Part shown: positions 20,458-27,209 of the stretch, piece by piece
Layout of the letters: each line of letters begins with the position of its first letter
How positions within the stretch are numbered: the first letter of the stretch is position 1
Virus record (IMG/VR): IMGVR_UViG_3300002597_000001
Coordinates: 44,779 to 108,778 of that record
Source of the DNA: a virus
Lineage: Duplodnaviria > Caudoviricetes
Reading direction: 5' to 3' (one strand)
DNA: 64,000 nucleotides
Position numbers and translations under genes: made by a program
The notes under the pieces: generated by a model
Database searches by the model: none
The model's input: only the letters and a program-made list of their open reading frames with translations
What the model was told of the DNA's origin: nothing

Positions 20458-20533
20458 GCTGGCATAGCTCAGTTAGTAGAGCAATTCCCCTGTAAGGAAT
20501 GGGTCGTCGGGGCAGAGCCGACTGCCAGCTCCA
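20458..20533 (+). tRNA. tRNA-Thr(UGU), non-canonical C33 and T-loop
   Basis: GCUGGCA/UGCCAGC acceptor, GCUC/GAGC D stem, AUUCC-CCUGUAA-GGAAU, GUCGG-GGCAGAG-CCGAC, encoded CCA. Confidence 0.8.
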
Positions 20534-20824
20534 ACTCCGATTCCAGCGGAGTGATCTGTAGCCAATTCTTACGAAAGGAGAATAAAGCGCCATCTTCACA
20601 TCAGGATTTTATTAACGGGCGTTAGCCCAAATTACACCGCCCACTACAGTCTGAGGACTGGTATGACACCGACAGATGCGTCTGTCAGGACTGGCACAGG
20701 TGCGCTAAACCAAGCACATAAATAAGTTGATGTTTCCCGTCTGCTTATGGCCAAGTTTACAGGAACCAGTGTCGTGAAAGCTCGCCCTTGGTGTCGGAGG
20801 GAATGAGAAAGGCAAAATCTACAT

Positions 20825-20901
20825 AGCGCAGTCGCCAAATTGGTTAAGGCATCGGATTTTGGTTCCGATTATTGTGGGTTCGAATCCTACCTGCGCTGCC
20901 A
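20825..20901 (+). tRNA. tRNA-Gln(UUG)
   Basis: AGCGCAG/CUGCGCU acceptor, UCGGA-UUUUGGU-UCCGA, UUCGAAU T loop, CCA. Confidence 0.92.
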
Positions 20902-20997
20902 GAGAGGTAGGGAATCTGCCGATATGCGCAGAAGCGCTATGCGATATTGGCGGAGAAAATGGTGATGCATGAATACCTATGAAGCCACCTCTCACCA
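20902..20997 (+). ncRNA. unidentified CCA-terminated RNA E
   Basis: Starts 1 nt after the tRNA-Gln CCA; 7-bp GAGAGGU/ACCUCUC + A + CCA; internal 11-bp helix. Confidence 0.6.
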
Positions 20998-21428
20998 TGG
21001 CCCAACACACCTATGCGTAGCACAGTAAGTGGCCCATGTTGGGTAATTTGAAAGCGGGGAAATCCATCCGTTTGTAAAAACCAGTCGCTGGAGATGGACA
21101 CCTTTAGACTGGGTTTAGTTCGAGGTTGTTGTGTTAGGGGTGTAGTGCGCGGACGGTTCTGTCCAAAACCAACTGCGCCGCCCCGAATTTTGGCCTTGTG
21201 GTCTGCCTCCGTCGTGTGTACGGCGAAAAGACCGCCCCGGATCGCTACCGGGAAATAGCGGCAGCGAGCTAGATAGAGGCTTGGTATCTCGCTGGGGTGT
21301 AAAGAAGCCAGAAGCCGGAGAGACGGGACGGTATGGTGAGGTGATATCCTATTCCTCACACAAAATCACCCTATTCTCAGCTAGGGGTGTGGCAGTCTGG
21401 CGTAGCTGTCGAGAGAAAGTACGCCCCA
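20998..21428 (+). ncRNA. densely structured, pseudoknotted non-coding region (one large or several RNAs)
   Basis: Successive hairpins and pseudoknots, no sense ORF, located between tRNAs. Confidence 0.5.
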
Positions 21429-21431
21429 TAT

Positions 21432-21519
21432 GCTGACGTATCCTAATTGGCAAGGAGCCGGTCTTGAAAATCGGTGATACCGAAAGGTACTGTGGGTTCG
21501 AGTCCTACCGTCAGCGCCA
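21432..21519 (+). tRNA. tRNA-Ser(UGA)
   Basis: GCUGACG/CGUCAGC, CCGGU-CUUGAAA-AUCGG, long variable arm UACC-GAAA-GGUA, G73, CCA. Confidence 0.9.
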
Positions 21520-21625
21520 CGTCCCTTTAGTTTATGGTTTCAATTCGGACGAGATTGAATCTGAACCATCAAAGTGCCGAAAGGGTGAGGGCACCTGCGG
21601 AGTGATGGCCCTAGTCTCCGCGCCA
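21520..21625 (+). ncRNA. unidentified CCA-terminated RNA K
   Basis: Three hairpins; the last is GCGGAG/CUCCGC + G + CCA. Confidence 0.5.
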
Positions 21626-21628
21626 TAT

Positions 21629-21704
21629 CCGGGCATAGCGCAGCTGGTAGCGCTCCTGATTTGGGTTCAGGAGGTCGGGCGTTCGAGTCGCCCTGCTCGG
21701 ACCA
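21629..21704 (+). tRNA. tRNA-Pro(UGG)
   Basis: CCGGGCA/UGCUCGG, CCUGA-UUUGGGU-UCAGG, UUCGAGU, ACCA. Confidence 0.92.
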
Positions 21705-21812
21705 GCGGAGCGGCTACTCCACACAGTCGTACTCAGCGGATAGCATACGATGCCGAGATCGCGATGGTAAATCGTATGGTTCTGATTGTGGGATATGGGC
21801 CGCTCCGCCCCA
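21705..21812 (+). ncRNA. unidentified CCA-terminated rod-like RNA L
   Basis: Starts 1 nt after the tRNA-Pro CCA; perfect 10-bp terminal stem + C + CCA; inner 8-bp helix. Confidence 0.62.
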
Positions 21813-21852
21813 TAAAAGATATGATTCATAAGGGGGTATCAATATAAGCCAA

Positions 21853-22047
21853 TTGCAACCAGAGATTCCGCTGTGGAAAAAGGTCACGCTCTCGTTCGAG
21901 GAGGCATCACTTTATACCGGGATAGGCCAGAATAAATTACGCGCCTTATGCAGTAACAATCCATCGTTAATGCTTCGGAATGGGGCACATTCTCGAATCA
22001 AACGAACTGCCTTAGAGCGATACATAGAAGAACATAATGAAATTTAG
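21853..22047 (+). CDS. xis: Tn916-type excisionase
   Basis: IPLWKK..LS.EEA..YTGIG.NKLR; upstream of int. Confidence 0.85.
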   Translation: MQPEIPLWKKVTLSFEEASLYTGIGQNKLRALCSNNPSLMLRNGAHSRIKRTALERYIEEHNEI

Positions 22048-22061
22048 GATATTGACTTCGG

Positions 22062-22090
22062 TTGAACACCTGTAGCATTTATGGTACAAT
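22062..22090 (+). promoter_or_regulatory. int promoter
   Basis: TTGAAC-17 bp-TACAAT with TGn; bracketed by inverted GACTTCGGTT/AACCGAAGTC. Confidence 0.65.
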
Positions 22091-22129
22091 TACATAAACC
22101 GAAGTCCTTTCCTTCAAGAAGGAGGTATT

Positions 22130-23347
22130 ATGTCGAAGCGAAAGGATTGTAAGGGTCGGAACCTAAGAACAGGGGAGGGCCAAAGAGCAAACGGTCTGTA
22201 TTACTATCAGGCCACAGACAAATATGGCAACCGGACAACGCTGACCAGTTGGAGGCTTGTCCCGACAGATCCATTACCAAAGGGTAAGCGAGACTGTATA
22301 CCGCTTAGAGAACAGGAAGAAGAATTGACCAAACAGATAAAGTCAAAGCTAGATCTTTCTGTCCGGTGTACTGTGATGGAGGCCGCTCTGAAGTATAAAG
22401 AATCCAGAATTGGCCTGAAACCACAGTCTATGATTGGTATCAATACGTTTAATAAGGTGCTTGGAAAGTATAAGCTTTCTCACATGCAGATAAACGACGT
22501 AGAGGTGAAAGACGTAAAGTGGTTTTGTCGAGCTCTATACAAAGACAATTACTCTGTTACGACAATCATGAATTACAAAGGGCGTCTGTCAAGCGTGTTT
22601 GTCTTCGCGGGTGAAGAACTGCATTTACTCACTAAGAATCCAACAGAGTTCAAGCTGAACAGCGTCATAAAAGAGACGCCAAATAAGAGGGGTTCGCTGT
22701 CCGAACAAGACAAGGAAGAGTTCATCCGTTTCATCAAGAGCGATAATGTATCGCGCAAACATTTTGATGAAATTAATCTGTTGCTTGGAACCGGGCTTCG
22801 GATCTCAGAGTTTGTAGGACTCACAGAAGACAATGTGGATTTCGAGAACCACTGCATTGTGATTGACCATCAGCTCCAAAATTTAACACCGAACCGAGAG
22901 TGGCTCACACCAAAGTCGGAAGCTGGAAACCGAGTGGTGTTTATCAGCGATGATGTTGAGGCGTCTGCGAGGCGACTGATTGAGGCAGCTGGCCCAAAAC
23001 GATCTGGGTTTACGTGTGGAAACACATCAAAGTTTTTCATCCTTGACAGAAATGGAAACCCAAGGAAAGATATTGGTGTTAGGGATATGCTAAGGTCAAT
23101 CGTCAATCGATACCATCGAAAAACAGGAAAAGAGCTTCCCCATATTATTCCACACATGCTCCGACACACATATTGCACAGATCAGGCCCAGTCTGGAATG
23201 GACATGATGGCATTGCAATATATGATGGGGCATACGGACATGTCTACGACAAGTCGTTACCTGCACACTCAACAAAATCACGCGGCGGCAGAGGCAGCAA
23301 GATTGTATCGAAAGCATGCCAACGCGGCCTCAAAAGACGCTGTCTGA
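22130..23347 (+). CDS. int: tyrosine integrase, Tn916-like N-terminal arm-binding domain
   Basis: RKD.KGR.L.TGE.QR; catalytic TGLRISE, K, HMLRHT, MGH, Y. Confidence 0.93.
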   Translation: MSKRKDCKGRNLRTGEGQRANGLYYYQATDKYGNRTTLTSWRLVPTDPLPKGKRDCIPLREQEEELTKQIKSKLDLSVRCTVMEAALKYKESRIGLKPQSMIGINTFNKVLGKYKLSHMQINDVEVKDVKWFCRALYKDNYSVTTIMNYKGRLSSVFVFAGEELHLLTKNPTEFKLNSVIKETPNKRGSLSEQDKEEFIRFIKSDNVSRKHFDEINLLLGTGLRISEFVGLTEDNVDFENHCIVIDHQLQNLTPNREWLTPKSEAGNRVVFISDDVEASARRLIEAAGPKRSGFTCGNTSKFFILDRNGNPRKDIGVRDMLRSIVNRYHRKTGKELPHIIPHMLRHTYCTDQAQSGMDMMALQYMMGHTDMSTTSRYLHTQQNHAAAEAARLYRKHANAASKDAV

Positions 23348-23690
23348 TTTTTCATCACTTTTTTCATCATTTGACATGAAGAATGCGTGAGAATATGTGA
23401 GAATACGTGAAATTTGCCAATGCTCTGGTGCTTGGAAAATGCGCAAAAAAGTTCGGGATTTGCTATAAAATTGCGGTAATACAGCTGTTTTAGAGCAAAA
23501 AAGTTGTGGGTACAGACTATAACCCTAAGTTATATAACTTAATAGAAGGATTTTGGTAATGGGAATAAATGGTAGCTAAAATTCCGTTGCGGCGCAACGC
23601 TTTTCGCGATTAGAGCAATTTCAAATAACTGATAAAAATGTATTTTTCATCACTTTTTCATCATTTGAAGAAAAGGACTTCGGTTTTCAA
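23348..23690. other. putative intact attP region
   Basis: AT-rich gap after int; direct repeats TTTTCATCACTTTTT(T)CATCATTTGA at ~23349-23374 and ~23644-23668; central palindrome 23526-23541; phage genes on both sides. Confidence 0.7.
23381..23410 (+). repeat. three tandem 10-bp repeats (candidate Xis sites)
   Basis: GAATGCGTGA GAATATGTGA GAATACGTGA. Confidence 0.7.
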
Positions 23691-23760
23691 ACAAATTAGG
23701 CGAGTGTTTGTTTGCCATTGGCCTAATTGGTTTGACATTTTTAATCTCAAAAACAGGCGC

Positions 23761-23816
23761 AAAAAAAATAGGGAACACTGAAAGGCAAGTTGCCAATCTT
23801 TGTTCCCTATTTTTTT
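23761..23816. terminator. bidirectional intrinsic terminator between the convergent arms
   Basis: A8-TAGGGAACA...TGTTCCCTA-T7. Confidence 0.8.
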
Positions 23817-23975
23817 GTTAACCACCCGGCCTAACCGAGCGATTCGATTTTGTGACCAGCGTCCATATATCTGTCGTAGTAAACGTAATCGGCTACTATG
23901 TTTGCAAACACCATTGCGTGTTGAAGACGCAAAATACTACGCCATAACAAATCTGAAACTTGGGTTTCATCTATG

Positions 23976-24449
23976 TTACAGGAATGTGTCATCCTTGAGG
24001 CACTTCGCATATGCCTCCTTGATTCTCTCTGTGGTTAACACTGTCTTATTGTTTCGAAATTCCTCGTGATCCGCACAGAATTTCTCATATATGTCAATAT
24101 CTTCGAGTACCTGGTCAAACATCTCTTTGGAGTGCTGCCTGTTCCGACGACACTCATCTCCAAATTGCAAGATTCTCCATCGGCAGGCAATAGCATTACG
24201 CTCGCCCATTAGATATGACATCGCGTCGAATTGATCGGACAGGTCCTGTACTTTATCTTCCAGTACATTGAATTGATCCACCACTTCTTTGGTCGTTCGC
24301 TTTCCAACCCACGACAGGATGCGAGAGATTGGGTTGACCTTGATTGGAGTAAACTCAATAAAGATCGAAACTAACGCAATAAGTCCGGCCAACCTACCAA
24401 TGAGTTGGCCAACAGTCATTTCCATCAGTCCTTCCAATGAAATCACCAT
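23976..24449 (-). CDS. holin-like membrane protein
   Basis: N-terminal TM (IALVSIFIEFTPIKVNP), coiled coil, R.RIL.F.DE; downstream of the lysin. Confidence 0.65.
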   Translation of the reverse strand: MVISLEGLMEMTVGQLIGRLAGLIALVSIFIEFTPIKVNPISRILSWVGKRTTKEVVDQFNVLEDKVQDLSDQFDAMSYLMGERNAIACRWRILQFGDECRRNRQHSKEMFDQVLEDIDIYEKFCADHEEFRNNKTVLTTERIKEAYAKCLKDDTFL

Positions 24450-24453
24450 GACC

Positions 24454-25524
24454 TTACTCGCCGAAGACTCCGGCGCGGTCAAGGAACACCAGCATACGGA
24501 CAGACTCCTCGGGGAGATTCAGAATTCTCTCTTCGCCTTCGCCTCCCTCGCCCTTCACGAAGCCCTTGGCGATGGCTTTCTCGACAGATTTCTTGTACAC
24601 ACTATAAGTGATATCCTTCAGCTTCGGATAGAAGTTTCCAGCTGGGACAATCTCACCGTTCTCATTGATCTTCAGCGTCTTGTTCGTCACGACAGTGCCG
24701 TCAGCGCCAAGATAATATGCCTTTCCGTCATAGACTTGCCATTGGTTGGTCACCGCATATCCCTCCTTATCAAAATAGTAATACTTCCCGCCGATTTTCT
24801 TCCATGTAGCAGCGGGCCACGTACCGTCTGAGTATTGATACCACCACTTGCCGTTGGATTGTTTCCAACCCTCCGTATAGGTCTTCTTGGAATAGCCGTT
24901 ATAGCCGCCATTCTTAATGATCGAGGGATAGTCCTTCAGCATATAGTTCTGATCTACGGTCTGCCCGTTGATCTTGTTGGATCTGATGTAATTGGTCTCG
25001 CCGCCGAACTGCCACATGCCAGCGCCGCTGTACTGGAGCTCGGTAGACCACTGCGCAACCCAGTGCTCGTAGTCCTTGAGCCAACTGTCATTCATGTAAG
25101 TGGAAAACATGGCCAGAGAGGAATAAATGCCGGGGAGATACCCGTATGCTTTAATCGCATCACACCATGTCTGGATCACCAGCGTCAGAAGGTTCTTTCC
25201 AATGCCGAGCTGAGTTTTGTTTTCCACATCCAGATAGACGGGAAGTTCGAATTGCTTCCCTTTGAGGCACTGCTCGTAGAAGTATTTTGCCTCGGCTTTT
25301 GCCATGTCGATGTTCAGCGCCTTGGAGAAAAAATAAGCGCCAACATACAGTCCCGCAGCCTTGGCGTTCTTGTAGTTGGTCTCAAATTTACTGTCCTTAT
25401 AATATCCGTCGTCAGCTCCGCCGCCTTTGAGGATGACAAATTTCACGCCCTCTTTAGCTGCTTTGGCAAAGTCGAAAGATCCCTGCCATGCGGAGACATC
25501 AATTCCAAATACTTTTGTCGCCAT
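24454..25524 (-). CDS. GH25 muramidase endolysin with cell-wall-binding repeats
   Basis: GIDVSAWQG, YLDVE, WVAQW, MWQF, VDQN; GW...GKWWY/YYF repeats. Confidence 0.92.
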   Translation of the reverse strand: MATKVFGIDVSAWQGSFDFAKAAKEGVKFVILKGGGADDGYYKDSKFETNYKNAKAAGLYVGAYFFSKALNIDMAKAEAKYFYEQCLKGKQFELPVYLDVENKTQLGIGKNLLTLVIQTWCDAIKAYGYLPGIYSSLAMFSTYMNDSWLKDYEHWVAQWSTELQYSGAGMWQFGGETNYIRSNKINGQTVDQNYMLKDYPSIIKNGGYNGYSKKTYTEGWKQSNGKWWYQYSDGTWPAATWKKIGGKYYYFDKEGYAVTNQWQVYDGKAYYLGADGTVVTNKTLKINENGEIVPAGNFYPKLKDITYSVYKKSVEKAIAKGFVKGEGGEGEERILNLPEESVRMLVFLDRAGVFGE

Positions 25525-25534
25525 GAGCGCCTCC

Positions 25535-26415
25535 TTATTTCACACCGCCGTCATACTCGGCAAAGCCGGTCTTGTAGGTCGATGTCGTGCCGTCCACCTT
25601 ATACTTCACAAGGTATCTGCCGTTCACAATCGCCAGACATTCACACTGCTCCCACGGGTTGAGAGATCCAGTCTTCAGTTTGAGTGTGGTATCGGCAAAA
25701 ATCGGCTCTTCGGTGGAACCGTTCTTGTAGGTTTTTGCCACGTTGAACTCCTCCTTTTCTTCAGTAGTTGCAGGAGTAGTCTCCTGTTCGGGCTTAGTCT
25801 CAGCCTGGGTCTCGGCCACCTCACCGGACGAACTGGTCACATGGCCATCAGAATCCGCCGTATAGGTTACGCCGTTATACGTCCAAGTTGTATCAGTGAC
25901 GACGTATCCCTCGGCGTCGAAGTAATACCAGTATCCACCGATTACCTTCCACTCGCTCTTGGGCCACGAGCCATCCGTGTATCTGTACCACCACTTACCA
26001 TTGGACTTCTGCCATCCCTCGGTATACGCCTGATCCAGATACGCCCAGTCGGGGTGCCCGTAACCGTGGATGCGGCTGTAGCTTCTAGAATATTTGCGCC
26101 GAAAAACACCGCCACCATTGCTGATAATGGTTTCCGAAGATGTTGAGCTCGTGTTGCCCTCAATGGTATAGACATAGGTGCTGTCATAGCCGATCACCAT
26201 GCCAGTATGACTCGGATCGCCATAGCTGTCGGAGAAGAAGATCTGGGCACCGATCTCCGGGTTCTTGTCATACTTCCCAGCCGCCTGATAATATCTCACG
26301 GCATAAATACATCCCGCCGCAAGAGACTTGGACGGGAGGTAGAGTGCCTTCTGTGTGCGTTCTGCGCCGAAGCACCGGACGAACACATCAAGGTAGTAGC
26401 TTGTACACCATTCAT
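25535..26415 (-). CDS. CHAP-domain endolysin, exon 2 (CW repeats, SH3-like C-terminus)
   Basis: (Y)EWC...HTG.V...TIEGNT; spliced product 352 aa. Confidence 0.85.
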
Positions 26416-26677
26416 CATTCTGTTGCTTGTTGACCGCCAATGCGGCGGCGGATAGGTCTCTCGGCCTATCTCTGCGGTTTCATGATTAGGTTATAGCCGC
26501 AGTTCAGATCATACCTTCACCCCTGTCCGGGGGCCAACATACGCCCATAGTTACCTATGTGGCTGTGATCGTTACGGGATCTCTTGCGAGTCTTACCCAC
26601 GGGGTTGTCCACCTCTGGAGTTTCCCCGTTTTGAGTTGGTTTCTTCCGCTTATCACTAAGCGGTGGGGCATAAATTC
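26416..26677 (-). ncRNA. ORF-less group I intron (262 nt) in the CHAP lysin gene
   Basis: P1 GGGU/GCCC; CTCAAAACGGGGAAAC, ACAACCCCGTGGG, P7 GATCA/TGATC; omega-G 26416; splicing gives NKNG-Y-EWC. Confidence 0.9.
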
Positions 26678-26855
26678 ACCCATTTTTGTTGCCGTTCAGC
26701 AGATTCGGGGCATTTTCGAACAGATGCTGTGCAAAGATGGTGTAGTTGTTTCTGCCTGCGTTGCCTGTAAAACTGTCGAGTTGTGAGTTGGTGGCTTTCT
26801 CGAGGTAGCCCTCCCACTTCTCGGCCTCTTCAACAGCTCTTTGTTGTGCTCCCAT
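26678..26855 (-). CDS. CHAP-domain endolysin, exon 1 (absent from the ORF track)
   Basis: AAGGAGG RBS; MGAQQRAVEEAEKWEGYLEK...NAGRNNYT.F...NGNKNG. Confidence 0.85.
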
Positions 26856-26889
26856 AGCATCGCCTCCTTGTTTTATCTCAAATGCTGTA

Positions 26890-27141
26890 TTATTCTTTCG
26901 GCAGCGACTTGAGCTCCGCCATCACTTCGTCGGCATGAAGCGCCGCCTGAGTGAAGGAGTTGTTCTTCCACCACGCCCATGTGGATGCCACAAGGGTGAA
27001 GATCGTGGAAACCAGTTCCGCCACGGTCTCGTTCTCGAAGGGGAGAGGGGAGTGCCCGGTCGCTACAAGGATCTGGTTGACCAGAGCCAGGGCAAGAATG
27101 ATAGTGCGGATAATAGTTTCGGGTTTTACTTTCATGTTCAT
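26890..27141 (-). CDS. SPP1-family holin
   Basis: TIIRT..LALALVNQ.L...G.SPLP...WAWWKNNSFT.AA. Confidence 0.9.
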   Translation of the reverse strand: MNMKVKPETIIRTIILALALVNQILVATGHSPLPFENETVAELVSTIFTLVASTWAWWKNNSFTQAALHADEVMAELKSLPKE

Positions 27142-27209
27142 ATAAATCACCTCATAAAAACAAAAAATCCACGGACAATCCGTGGTTTGTGTCAATTGTT
27201 TAATTGTCA

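Noticed and set aside
20651-20790. Hammerhead ribozyme (CTGAGGA ... GAAA)
   Set aside because: Could not build stems I-III consistently around the core by eye
21137-21428. tmRNA (GGGG start, pseudoknots)
   Set aside because: No T-arm (TTCGA) or CCACCA alanine-type end; no clear tag ORF
20204-21847. ORF-track ORFs over the tRNA region (e.g. 21464..21847, 20937..21359)
   Set aside because: They overlap tRNAs and structured RNA, lack RBSs and have no protein-like features
23487-23496. GTTTTAGAGC, identical to the start of type II-A CRISPR repeats
   Set aside because: Single 10-mer in the AT-rich attP region; no repeat-spacer periodicity or cas genes
24289-26455. Long + strand ORFs opposite the lysins (and similar antisense ORFs elsewhere)
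   Set aside because: Shadow frames of well-supported genes on the other strand
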